DNA of 64,000 bases from Opitutaceae bacterium (GTDB taxonomy: Bacteria > Verrucomicrobiota > Verrucomicrobiia > Opitutales > Coraliomargaritaceae): assembly GCA_051252375.1 (NCBI GenBank), contig JBPOFY010000001.1, positions 608,001 through 672,000 of the forward strand. Direction: 5' to 3'. The translations under genes and the position numbers were made by a program. Positions 52,901 to 61,182 of the stretch are shown one piece after another. Under the pieces are notes generated by a model, which saw only the letters and a program-made list of their open reading frames with translations, was not told where the DNA came from and did no database searches. Each line of letters begins with the position of its first letter. Position 1 is the stretch's first letter.

Positions 52901-52975
52901 TCCCGCGCCGAGGTGCGGCCCGACACGCAGAGTAACGCGATTGGCTTTCGCGTGGTCCTCGCTCCCGCAAAATAG
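49928..52975 (+). CDS. Membrane protein: degenerate Hanks kinase, TM, PEGA repeats, FGE/SUMF1-type domain
   Basis: HRDLDSDM, MSPEY, DVYGVG; TM near aa 335-360; TEPTGARILIND; YRLPTEAEWE, HGNAQEW, RGGSW, GFRVV. Confidence 0.88.
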   Translation: MDQEESQSEEPISPESTGERLKNRVLKPGESFGNFRVVKCQAAGLIANYYHMQHVRDLHDVTVGIFHHRVEADDKFLKRLQTLQKTLEGFQHEAIPKIVDCAVVNKRTCIFLETVKGQSLSQYFSAHGSPGNTGIDSDAVTRLVAQLLGAVGYAHSQGVDHRDLDSDMIFVKEDGSLQVLGLGIKATLGVELFESIVSASVSPLVSNKTVGRINSFDVMSPEYKGGKSEDSRVDVYGVGVLGYWLLTGQKFQLSKWVAPSELVEGLSSKWDGFFEKSLERDDEIRFQSCKIALIGLKDADVEADPDRAGFVQRQIDRIPVPKGIVERGELAARVYRLSLIGVVGLTLTALAASFLGVAFTDTEEYVREVAQEVGVGEDPTVRVKLSPPVSKLQFVGYSNKFIAIEGAIGLLVQPGDYKLLITAPHHVEQEVALHVPVEGAGDTIEMEVTLKPAWTDFRITTEPGAAISVIDDRGIEIDLGVVDGEGNFSIEKGIFAGTYQIVVKKEGYTSRTLDNQEIEFDTANEVQVDLVPLPSSVTIRTEPTGARILINDVLVGVSPVTVDDVAPAEHYLIVAHYDGYRSVGRRIEIEAGEAKVVDFGALFPRSGELTFDVTFEGISAAEALPMMGELSVEVDGDVFPYGSHQLSALKEGSHNIQLLHPQYRSEPQEVTIVDREVAKIDVQLFPRPGVVELVLPKAFKPEVLVNHEEVTLTDGLVEVPAGETVELELRIQNHLTMSRKVELAPNERFVWEVEPVAIPGPTVGQSWTMPYLGHEFAWVGSGQFSMGSPPTEPARLPNEGPETQIQLTEGFWAAIYEVTQAQFIEIMDRNPSEFLGLRKPVVNVTWKEAKQFCELLTHFEKVAHRLPVGYVYRLPTEAEWECLARAGTQSPFSFGDTADATKGNFRGVYPASNEKGVRATAHYGTVNVGSYEANPWGIYDVHGNAQEWTLDVYNGRLPGGRLVDPAPRTEGQRIAVRGGSWEDFAPLVRSASRAEVRPDTQSNAIGFRVVLAPAK

Positions 52976-53134
52976 TGCCCCGGATGCTCGGGGGCCTGAG
53001 TTAGGCGCTTAGATCTCGTGGCTGTGGTCGACATTTGATGACTATTTGCACATAGAGGTGCATTTTTCCTGTTTTTTTATGGCGCGGCTAGCCGATAGCT
53101 GTATTTTGCATCGTTTTCCCAGTTTACAGATATT

Positions 53135-54559
53135 ATGGAAAACACACCAAATGTATTAGCTACTCGTTACGCATCGAAACAGATGCGTGCTGTATGGAGC
53201 GCAGAAGGCCGTATCGCTTTAGAGCGTGATTATTGGATCGCCGTATTGCGGGCTCAAAAAGATCTCGGACTCGACGTCCCTCAAGAAGCGATTGACGCCT
53301 ATGAGCGCGTCAAAGGGCAGATTAACTTAGATTCGATCAACGAGCGCGAGGCCGTCACCCGCCACGATGTGAAAGCCCGTATCGAGGAGTTCTGCGATTT
53401 GGCAGGACATGAGCACATCCACAAGGGGCTGACTAGCCGCGACTTAACGGAGAACGTTGAGCAGCTGCAGATCATTCAGGCGATGGAGCTGGTTCGCACT
53501 AAGGCGGTGGCTGCATTACTTGCAGTGGCTGAACGTGCTGAGCAATGGAAAGACTTAGTCATCACCGCTCGCACACACAATGTGCCTGCTCAACCGACTA
53601 CATTTGGCAAACGTCTTGCGATGTTTGGCGAGGACCTGCTCATCGCAGTGCGCGAGCTCGATCGTATTATTGATAACTATCCTGTCCGTGGACTGAAGGG
53701 GCCCGTCGGCACTCAAATGGATTTATTGACTCTGTTTGGTGGCGATCAGGAAAAAGTAGCTGCCCTTGAAGAGCGCATTCTCGATCACCTCGGTGTTGGT
53801 GCTGCCCTTGATACAGTCGGGCAGGTCTATCCGCGTGGTCTCGATTTCGAAGTCGTCTCGGTCTTTGTCCGTCTCGCCTCAGGCCCCTCCAGTTTTGCCA
53901 AAACCTTACGCATCATGGCAGGTCACGAGTTGGCCAGTGAAGGTTTCTCTAAGGGGCAAGTTGGTTCGTCGGCTATGCCGCACAAGATGAATAGCCGCAG
54001 CTGCGAGCGCTTGAACGGGTTTGCGGTTATCTTGAAGGGCTACCTAACCATGGCAGCTGAACTCAGTGGTGATCAATGGAACGAGGGCGATGTTTCTTGT
54101 TCGGTTGTTCGTCGCGTCTTCCTGCCTGATAGCTTTTACGCCATCGATGGCCTGATCGACACCTTCCTCACGATTCTCAATCAAATGGAAGTCTATCCTG
54201 CCGTCATTGACCAAGAAAACCAGCGTTACGGTCCTTTCCTTGCGACCACAACGGTGCTTATGGAAGCGGTCAAAGCAGGTGCTGGCCGCGAAGAGGCCCA
54301 CGAGGCGATCAAAGAGCACGCGGTCCAAACCGTGCGCGATCTACGCTCCGGCTTGATCAGTAGTAATGACTTGGTCGCCCGCTTGGCTGGCGATGCCCGC
54401 CTCGGCTTATCATTGGAGCAGCTCACCGAAATGATGTCTCGCGCTCAAGCGATGACCGGTCTAGCAGCCACACAGGTAAATAATTTCTGTGCTGCGGTTC
54501 GCGAAGATGCCCAAAATTTCCCTGGTGCTTCCGATTATAAGCCCGGTGCGATTCTTTAA
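53135..54559 (+). CDS. purB: Adenylosuccinate lyase
   Basis: RHDV, HKGLTSRD, RTH, GSSAMPHKMN. Confidence 0.96.
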   Translation: MENTPNVLATRYASKQMRAVWSAEGRIALERDYWIAVLRAQKDLGLDVPQEAIDAYERVKGQINLDSINEREAVTRHDVKARIEEFCDLAGHEHIHKGLTSRDLTENVEQLQIIQAMELVRTKAVAALLAVAERAEQWKDLVITARTHNVPAQPTTFGKRLAMFGEDLLIAVRELDRIIDNYPVRGLKGPVGTQMDLLTLFGGDQEKVAALEERILDHLGVGAALDTVGQVYPRGLDFEVVSVFVRLASGPSSFAKTLRIMAGHELASEGFSKGQVGSSAMPHKMNSRSCERLNGFAVILKGYLTMAAELSGDQWNEGDVSCSVVRRVFLPDSFYAIDGLIDTFLTILNQMEVYPAVIDQENQRYGPFLATTTVLMEAVKAGAGREEAHEAIKEHAVQTVRDLRSGLISSNDLVARLAGDARLGLSLEQLTEMMSRAQAMTGLAATQVNNFCAAVREDAQNFPGASDYKPGAIL

Positions 54560-54629
54560 GTATTGCTTTCAACTAAGGCCAAATTACACAAACAGCACAT
54601 CCTTTATACAAATTAACTAAATACATACT

Positions 54630-55892
54630 ATGCCCGAAGAACTCGAAGGAAATTGTCTAGTCGCCCAGTCCGGCGGCCCCACATCGGTTATCAATGCAAG
54701 CCTCTCCGGCGTCGTTGCAGAAGCGCTCAATCATGAGTGCATCGAAGAGATATACGGTGGCCTCAATGGCGTGCTCGGTATTCTAAACGAGCAGTTGGTC
54801 GATCTCGCAGCTGAATCTCAACAAAACATCCGTGGCTTGCGCTTCACGCCGGGCGCTGCCCTCGGCACTTGCCGTTATAAGCTCAAGAAGCAGTCCGATT
54901 TCGACCGCGTCCTTGAAGTCTTTGAGGCGCATAATATCCGTTATTTCTTCTATGCTGGCGGTAACGATTCTCAAGACACTGCAGATAAAATCTCCAAGCT
55001 CGCTCAAGAGCGTGGTTATGCACTCCGTGTGATCGGTATTCCAAAGACGATCGATAATGATCTCGTCACCACTGACCACACTCCTGGTTATGGCTCTGTG
55101 ATTAAATACATCGCGACCACAGTTAAGGAAATCGCAGCAGACAACGCTGGCATGGGTCAGCATGACCTTGTTCAAATCATCGAAGTCATGGGCCGTAGCG
55201 CTGGTTGGATTGCTGCTGGTGCCTCGCTTGCGAAACGCCGCGACGAGCCAAGCGCAGCGCCACACCTTATCTATCTCCCAGAAGTGGCATTCTCTGCTGA
55301 GAAGTTCATTGCCGATGTGCAGGGTGTTTTGCAGAAGGAAAAATACTGCGTTGTCGTTGTTGGCGAAGGTCTTGTTGATGCCGATGGAAACTTTGTCTCT
55401 ACAGACAGTGCAAGTGCGGATGCTTTCGGACACACACAACTCGGTGGTGCCGGTGAGTATCTTCGTAGCCTTGCCGAAGAATCCCTTCAAGTTAAAGCGC
55501 GCTCGGTCAAGCTCGGTATGTCGCAACGCGCAGCCGTTCATTGCTCTTCGCAAACGGACAACGACGAAGCTTATTTAGCTGGTCAAGCAGCGGTTCGCGC
55601 AGCGGTTTCCGGTGAGACTGATAAGATGGTCACACTGGTTCGCGGTGAAGGTGATACCTACACTTGCGAGACTGGTCTTACATCGCTTTCTGAAATCGCC
55701 AACGGCGTGAAGAAGCTCCCTGAGAGCTGGATCAACGAAGACGGTGTCAGCATGAACTACAACTTCTACAAGTATGCATTGCCCCTTATCCAGGGTGAAG
55801 TGCAAGTGCCTTACGAGAACGGCGTGCCAGCACTCGTGAAGCTCAAAATGGAGAAGATCGATCGTCAGCTCGGCGCACACAATTTCGAGTAA
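54630..55892 (+). CDS. pfp: Phosphofructokinase, likely PPi-dependent
   Basis: QSGGP, GGNDS, PKTIDND, MGR, DAFGH.QLGG. Confidence 0.9.
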   Translation: MPEELEGNCLVAQSGGPTSVINASLSGVVAEALNHECIEEIYGGLNGVLGILNEQLVDLAAESQQNIRGLRFTPGAALGTCRYKLKKQSDFDRVLEVFEAHNIRYFFYAGGNDSQDTADKISKLAQERGYALRVIGIPKTIDNDLVTTDHTPGYGSVIKYIATTVKEIAADNAGMGQHDLVQIIEVMGRSAGWIAAGASLAKRRDEPSAAPHLIYLPEVAFSAEKFIADVQGVLQKEKYCVVVVGEGLVDADGNFVSTDSASADAFGHTQLGGAGEYLRSLAEESLQVKARSVKLGMSQRAAVHCSSQTDNDEAYLAGQAAVRAAVSGETDKMVTLVRGEGDTYTCETGLTSLSEIANGVKKLPESWINEDGVSMNYNFYKYALPLIQGEVQVPYENGVPALVKLKMEKIDRQLGAHNFE

Positions 55893-55913
55893 ACGATCTG
55901 TTACGAACTTTTC

Positions 55914-55951
55914 AAAGTCCGGTCACCGTGCAAACGGGGCCGGACTTTTTT
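55914..55951 (+). terminator. Intrinsic terminator after the phosphofructokinase gene
   Basis: AAAGTCCGGTC-A-CCGT-GCAA-ACGG-GGCCGGAC followed by T6. Confidence 0.9.
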
Positions 55952-56019
55952 GTGCAAGGTATCATTTTCTGGTTTCTATATCTGGTGTTATGACCGGCTT
56001 CAGTGTAGTAAAAGCAAAT

Positions 56020-56610
56020 ATGAAACTACCCCCGCTTCAACTTTCCTTCGTTCTGATCGCTTTTTTTCTAGATGTATGCCTATGCCATGCCGCTCTTTTG
56101 GAAGTGGATCTCAGTGTGGTGAATCAAATCACCATTACAGCGACCTCAGAAGCTTCCGCGGTGACTGTGAGCGGATCGGATGGCACTGGGTTCTATTTGG
56201 AGAATCTTTTTGGTGTAAATACAACCACCGCACTATTTGAAACGGCGCTGTCTGGGGGGGATCTGACGAGCTTTTCCAATTCCTCTGATGGGACACCGCA
56301 AATTTTTGTGGCCCCGAGCGATCCCGGCTTGAATGTGTGGTCTTACACGAATGATGCCGCGAGTCAGTTTACTGACGGCGTGCAGGCATTTTCAGGGAGC
56401 GCGACTTGGAACGTGAATAGTTCGATGTATGCGCTCGCATTGCTAGGCCCCGAAAGTGGTGGCGTATATTTTGTAGCAGGCAGTCTTGCTGACGTCGACG
56501 GTGCTGAACTATTGGGCACTTGGACGGTTGTCCCCGAGCCGAGCCATGCGGCTATTCTGGCGGGTGCTTTAGCGGTGAGTATGGTTCTGCTAAATCGCCG
56601 TCGACTATAG
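56020..56610 (+). CDS. PEP-CTERM sorted surface protein
   Basis: Signal peptide and C-terminal VPEPSHAAILAG-TM-RRR; start 56020 (alternative 55990). Confidence 0.9.
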   Translation: MKLPPLQLSFVLIAFFLDVCLCHAALLEVDLSVVNQITITATSEASAVTVSGSDGTGFYLENLFGVNTTTALFETALSGGDLTSFSNSSDGTPQIFVAPSDPGLNVWSYTNDAASQFTDGVQAFSGSATWNVNSSMYALALLGPESGGVYFVAGSLADVDGAELLGTWTVVPEPSHAAILAGALAVSMVLLNRRRL

Positions 56611-56617
56611 AAGCGGG

Positions 56618-57130
56618 CTACAGCGTCGCGTCGATGGCTCGAATCGCGGTGCCGAAACGTTCGGTTTCGTTGCCGCTGATTTCAACATAAGGTAGCTCTA
56701 GCTTGTCCAGTGTTTCTTTGAACAGTCGGTGCAGTGCGTCGCGGACTTCGGGGCCTTCACGTTGTCCTTCGTCGGGCACCCATGGGATGTCCGGCATGCA
56801 GAGCAAATACAGGCTATAGTCTCTCGCGAGGAACGCCTCATTGACCCAATCAATCACTGTCTCGAAATAGTAATTCGCGTAGATGATGGAAGAGAGGATG
56901 TTAGTGTCGTGTATAATTAAGCGATTTGCTTCTGCGGTGGCGTGATCTTCTTGGGCAAGTTGCCCTTTCGCGATGGGGGCCAAATCTTCTACGGAAAGTG
57001 CATGCTCGATGCCGTCCACATATTGTCGAACAAACTCACTAGTCCACGGTTCGCCATAGTAGCCGGAGAGCGCTGCAGCGAGCGTGCTTTTACCGGTGGA
57101 CTCTGCGCCAGTTAAAACGATGCGCTTCAT
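56618..57130 (-). CDS. nadR: NadR-like nicotinamide riboside kinase (AAA_28)
   Basis: GAESTGKSTL, EFVRQY, DIPWVPDEGQR; directly downstream of pnuC. Confidence 0.85.
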   Translation of the reverse strand: MKRIVLTGAESTGKSTLAAALSGYYGEPWTSEFVRQYVDGIEHALSVEDLAPIAKGQLAQEDHATAEANRLIIHDTNILSSIIYANYYFETVIDWVNEAFLARDYSLYLLCMPDIPWVPDEGQREGPEVRDALHRLFKETLDKLELPYVEISGNETERFGTAIRAIDATL

Positions 57131-57133
57131 TGT

Positions 57134-57742
57134 TTATGAGACTGCAGGCGACGAGGCGAGTTGCCCGCGCCAGTCGATGTAACCTTTGATCGCAAGCGCG
57201 ATGAAGGTGGTAAAGAGTATCACGCTGGGCCAAGAAGCACCCATGGCGAATAGACCGACATAGATCAGGTCGGTCACGATCCAAAATAGCCAAGTTTCGA
57301 TGTGCTTGCGGCTGAGCATCCATTGCGCGACGAATCCGCAGCAGGTGGCAAAGGCGTCGAGGTAGGGGAGGTTGGCTTCGCCGGTCGATTGCAGTAACCA
57401 GCCAATGCCCAATGTGCCGGCGCAAATAAATCCGGTAACGATCGCCCAGTGCTTGCTTTGAGTCTTTGAGACTGGAAGTTCGGGGGTGCCCTCGGCCGGT
57501 GTGCGCGACCATTTGGTCCAGCCATAAATCGAGATGCCGATGAAGATGATATTCATCCCCATGAAGGCCTTTAGCCCAAATTGATAGCTGATGTAGACGT
57601 AGCTAGTGTAGCAAATAATGAACAGGGGCCAGGCTGCCAGCTTCTCCTTGATGCTGAGCCAGACACCCACGATGCCAGTCACCATGCCCAGCCATTCCAC
57701 CCAAGTCGTTAGAGCTAGCTGTTCTAGGAATGTATCGAGCAT
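57134..57742 (-). CDS. pnuC: Nicotinamide riboside transporter PnuC
   Basis: IYGW..W, PYLDA, AQWM..RK..E.W..WI..D. Confidence 0.93.
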   Translation of the reverse strand: MLDTFLEQLALTTWVEWLGMVTGIVGVWLSIKEKLAAWPLFIICYTSYVYISYQFGLKAFMGMNIIFIGISIYGWTKWSRTPAEGTPELPVSKTQSKHWAIVTGFICAGTLGIGWLLQSTGEANLPYLDAFATCCGFVAQWMLSRKHIETWLFWIVTDLIYVGLFAMGASWPSVILFTTFIALAIKGYIDWRGQLASSPAVS

Positions 57743-57779
57743 CTATTTGCTGGAGGCGTTCTCTCGCAAGGAAATCAGC

Positions 57780-58076
57780 CTAGTCTGCGTCGTAGATTTT
57801 TACCTTTTTCCAGAGATCTTTGTTTTTCAAAAACTCTGTATGAATCGGGTCCGCCTGATAGGCGTCATGCTGCGCGACGTCTTTTAGGACAACGGTCAGG
57901 CAAAAGTCATAGCTGGTGTCGATCACTGGGCGCTCTGTAGTCTCGGCAGGGGAGCCGACATAAATGGCTTCCGCGTGCTGGATGCCTTTCATGGTTTCGA
58001 GCGAGATGCGGAAATCGGTGATTTGATCGCCATCGAGATCTTTGCGTAACCAAAATAATACAGTGTGAACTAACAT
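57780..58076 (-). CDS. Dabb (stress-responsive A/B barrel) protein
   Basis: HTVLFWL, YQADPIH, KIYD; start set at ATG 58076. Confidence 0.85.
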   Translation of the reverse strand: MLVHTVLFWLRKDLDGDQITDFRISLETMKGIQHAEAIYVGSPAETTERPVIDTSYDFCLTVVLKDVAQHDAYQADPIHTEFLKNKDLWKKVKIYDAD

Positions 58077-58093
58077 AGGGATATTCGTTGGGG

Positions 58094-58693
58094 TTAAAGA
58101 ATGCCTGTGATGATCGCTCGCAGTTCGTCGTGATTGGTCGCGACAGATAGATCGGGACGTTCTTTGATCAAACGCTCGGGTGGGCAAAAGAGTGACTTGT
58201 TGTCGGCGCAGTCGATCATGCTGAGATCGTTGTAGGAATCGCCGGCTGCGAAAGTGTCAAAGTTGAGTGCTTTGAACGCCTCAACTGCCTTGCGCTTGTG
58301 GTCGGGGAGACGGAGCTTGTAGTCCGCGATGCGCCCAGTTTCGTCGATCACGAGATCGTGGCAAAACAGTGTCGGATGATCGAGCTTTGCCATCAGTGGT
58401 CCTGCAAATTGGCTGAAGGTATCGGAAAGGATGACGAGGCGAGTCTGCGACTTCACCCATGCCACGAATTCCTCTGCGCCGGGCAGCGGGTCGAGTGTGC
58501 CGATCACTTCTTCAATGTCGGCTAGCTTGAAGCCTTCGCGATCTAAGATGTCCAAGCGATAACGCATGAGCGTATCATAGCAGGGCTCCTCGCGAGTGGT
58601 GCGCTTGAGCGCTTCGATGCCGGTTTTTTCGGCAAAAGCAATCCAGATTTCAGGGATCAATACCCCTTCAAGGTCGAGACAAACGATATTCAT
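58094..58693 (-). CDS. thrH: Phosphoserine phosphatase / homoserine phosphotransferase
   Basis: CLDLEGVLIPEIW, ILSDTF, PTLFCH, AAGDSYND. Confidence 0.96.
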   Translation of the reverse strand: MNIVCLDLEGVLIPEIWIAFAEKTGIEALKRTTREEPCYDTLMRYRLDILDREGFKLADIEEVIGTLDPLPGAEEFVAWVKSQTRLVILSDTFSQFAGPLMAKLDHPTLFCHDLVIDETGRIADYKLRLPDHKRKAVEAFKALNFDTFAAGDSYNDLSMIDCADNKSLFCPPERLIKERPDLSVATNHDELRAIITGIL

Positions 58694-58746
58694 GCCTCCT
58701 AGACCGCGAGAATCGGGCGCTGAGTCAATCTCAATTCCGCTGAAGG

Positions 58747-59292
58747 CTACTCTGGCGGGAAAGCTGTCAGTATTTCGCTGACGATGATTTGCACCTCCGA
58801 GTCAGTCGGTGCGCTCCAACCGAGGCGCTTGGTGTATGCGCCGCGCCAGACGAGTTCTTTCGAGCTGTTGTCGATGATATCGACGATAAAGGTGCCTTGT
58901 TCGTATTGGTCGATGTCCACGTGAGAGTAGCCGCTATAGCCCATGTAGGGGTAGCGGCGAAACGGAGTGGCGCCGACACCGAGGTCGTTCACTTCCGTTT
59001 TTGTTTTTGTCACTGTGTTGAAAGTCACTCTGAAATCGGGCGTCGCACAATCTTGCGTGAAGCCTTTCGCTGTGAGCTCACGAGTGATCGCCGATTCGAT
59101 ACGGCGATCCACGATCGGGCTCAGCACAACGTCTTGATAATGGCTGCGCGTATCTCGCGAATCGATAGCGAAGCATTTGTAGCTGCGAAGCGCTGTGACT
59201 GCGGAGCGATCATAGTCGACCGTGGTCGGAGAGACGCAACCAGAGAGGATTATTAAGGCGGCTACGGCGAAGGAGAGATGCAAAAGGCGCAT
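58747..59292 (-). CDS. DUF4136 lipoprotein
   Basis: Lipobox LSGC, YEQGTFIVDI.D....LVWRG; start uncertain (59292-59310). Confidence 0.85.
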   Translation of the reverse strand: MRLLHLSFAVAALIILSGCVSPTTVDYDRSAVTALRSYKCFAIDSRDTRSHYQDVVLSPIVDRRIESAITRELTAKGFTQDCATPDFRVTFNTVTKTKTEVNDLGVGATPFRRYPYMGYSGYSHVDIDQYEQGTFIVDIIDNSSKELVWRGAYTKRLGWSAPTDSEVQIIVSEILTAFPPE

Positions 59293-59346
59293 GTTCATAA
59301 ATAGAAACATGCGCCTTAGTTGGTAAAATGCAATCGTGCTTACAGC

Positions 59347-59688
59347 TTAGAATGGTGGCTCTTCGTCGAGCACTTCATCGCCCGGATCGAATGGAGGTGG
59401 CTCGTCGTCGTTGCTACTGCTGGCTCCAGCGCTTTCAACTTTCCATGCGGCGAGGTTGACGAAGTATTTGCCCTGCCACTCGCGACCATTGATGTCGAAG
59501 GTGACTTTCACTTGGTCGCCCTTGCTGAGCTTGTTCACCAGCTCGACTTTATCCTTCAGGCACTCGAATTTGAGGTCCTGGGGAAATTTGTCTGCGGTAG
59601 AAGTGACCACGAACTCGCGCTTGTTAAAGCCGCTGGCGAAGGTCTGTTCTTCAAAGATTTCTTTTACTGTTCCGGATAGTTCAAACAT
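59347..59688 (-). CDS. DUF3127 OB-fold protein
   Basis: [29 protein letters not shown], acidic tail ending DEEPPF. Confidence 0.88.
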   Translation of the reverse strand: MFELSGTVKEIFEEQTFASGFNKREFVVTSTADKFPQDLKFECLKDKVELVNKLSKGDQVKVTFDINGREWQGKYFVNLAAWKVESAGASSSNDDEPPPFDPGDEVLDEEPPF

Positions 59689-59786
59689 GTGGGCGAGCTA
59701 AGTGGGCGGTCGTTCGAGAAGCAAAACTTTTTTCGAGTGGAGACCGTGTTCTTGGGTATTTTTAATGAAAAGTGAGTTTCTGCCTG

Positions 59787-60407
59787 CTAAAAGGGCAGCG
59801 TCATTAGAATCATGTGACCACCCTCATGCATTAATTCGACGCCATCGATCAATATAATGGCGAGGAGGAACCACACCACTTCTCGCATGCCACGCTCAAT
59901 AATCCTAGGCGCAACGATCAGCGACTGCAGCGTGCTGGGGCGTTGCCATTTCGGGAAAAAACGAGGAGTTGACTGAAAGTAAGTGAGGCATGGAGCTCCG
60001 AATAATTGCTGCAATCTGATTTCTTCGCTTTTGATGACGCCTCTGTAATAGACGAGGTAAAGGGAGGAGGCGATCAAGCAGAGCGAGATACTTTGAAGTG
60101 CGGCGAAAAAACCGATCACGCCAATAAAGGAAAATAGATAGAGTGGGTTGCGGCATAAGGAGTATGGACCCTCTGTGCACAGTTCGCGGTCTTTACGACC
60201 GGAAATGTATATGAGGCACCAGATCCTGCCGAGTGCGGCCAAGATCAGTAGCGAGTAGCCGGTGAACTCCAATATCTCATGGAATTGATTCCCATTGCCC
60301 TTTGGTGCGGTTAAAAGAGCAAGGAGGATGAAAATTATCGCAAGCAAGCGTGACAGCGGCTTGCGTAGTTTTTCATATTTGGACGATGATTTTGAGTGCT
60401 TCTGCAT
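59787..60407 (-). CDS. Isoprenylcysteine carboxyl methyltransferase / PEMT-family membrane protein
   Basis: GPYSLCRNPLY, EE..L...FG, PRFFP. Confidence 0.88.
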   Translation of the reverse strand: MQKHSKSSSKYEKLRKPLSRLLAIIFILLALLTAPKGNGNQFHEILEFTGYSLLILAALGRIWCLIYISGRKDRELCTEGPYSLCRNPLYLFSFIGVIGFFAALQSISLCLIASSLYLVYYRGVIKSEEIRLQQLFGAPCLTYFQSTPRFFPKWQRPSTLQSLIVAPRIIERGMREVVWFLLAIILIDGVELMHEGGHMILMTLPF

Positions 60408-60477
60408 AGCCTATATAGACTCCTGCTACACCATCGCGTTCATAATATTAACGAAGACATTACGTTATATTTAAACG

Positions 60478-61083
60478 CTACTTCGGGAACTTGTCGCGGA
60501 AAACAACTTCGTCATATTCCAGCTGACCTCCGCGGACATTTGCGTCTTTCAGCGCTTTGCCCACGGTGAGCATCATGCCGATGATATGGTTGTCCGGTAG
60601 ACCGATGATCTCGCCGACTTTGACTGGATCGAAACCGATCATCGGGCAGGAATCATAGCCCATCGATTTAGCCGAGAGCATGAGTGTTTGTGCTGCAATG
60701 CCGACCGAACGCATGGCTTCATCGCGCTGCAGTTGTGGGTTATTTTCGTAGAAAGGCGCGATCATTGGCACGAGCATGTCTTGCACGGGTTGCGGGGCAT
60801 GCACCCAGTAGCGTTCGCCGCCGACATGTGCATTGAGATCGGCGCAGAGTAGGATCGTGATCGATGCTTCGCTGACATGCGCCTGGTTCCATGAAGCCTC
60901 GCGGATGGCTTCTTGCTCGGCTTGATCGGTGACGACAACAAAGCGCCAGTTTTGCATATTAAAAGAGGTCGGCGAGAGCAGCGCGAGCTCAAGTAGCTCT
61001 TGGATTTCGACTTCCGACATCTTATGGTTCGGGTCGTAATATTTAACAGAGCGGCGTTGGTGTATAGCTGTAGTTGTGTCCAT
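60478..61083 (-). CDS. Nitroreductase family protein
   Basis: RRSVK, PTSFNMQNWRF, GYDSCPMIGFD. Confidence 0.93.
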   Translation of the reverse strand: MDTTTAIHQRRSVKYYDPNHKMSEVEIQELLELALLSPTSFNMQNWRFVVVTDQAEQEAIREASWNQAHVSEASITILLCADLNAHVGGERYWVHAPQPVQDMLVPMIAPFYENNPQLQRDEAMRSVGIAAQTLMLSAKSMGYDSCPMIGFDPVKVGEIIGLPDNHIIGMMLTVGKALKDANVRGGQLEYDEVVFRDKFPK

Positions 61084-61182
61084 GCGCGAAGCTTGCCGTT
61101 ATTTTGCGAAGAATCAAGTAGGGAGGTGTTTTCCATAGTTGGTTGTAAGCTTTTTGACGCTACGCTGTTATGTATGGGTAAT

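Noticed and set aside
52840..52975. FGE-domain C-terminus (RGGSW...GFR) as a diversity-generating retroelement variable region
   Set aside because: No template repeat, reverse transcriptase or avd gene is visible in the window
54783..55553. 256-aa minus-strand ORF
   Set aside because: Antisense shadow of the codon-biased phosphofructokinase gene
57743..57779. Riboswitch before pnuC
   Set aside because: A 37-nt intra-operon spacer, too short and without a recognisable aptamer
60444..60472. Imperfect inverted and direct repeat upstream of the ICMT-family gene
   Set aside because: AT-rich single instance that cannot be distinguished from chance
61000..61173. N-terminal extension of the photolyase ORF
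   Set aside because: It overlaps the divergent nitroreductase gene; the photolyase fold starts at PTLVWFR
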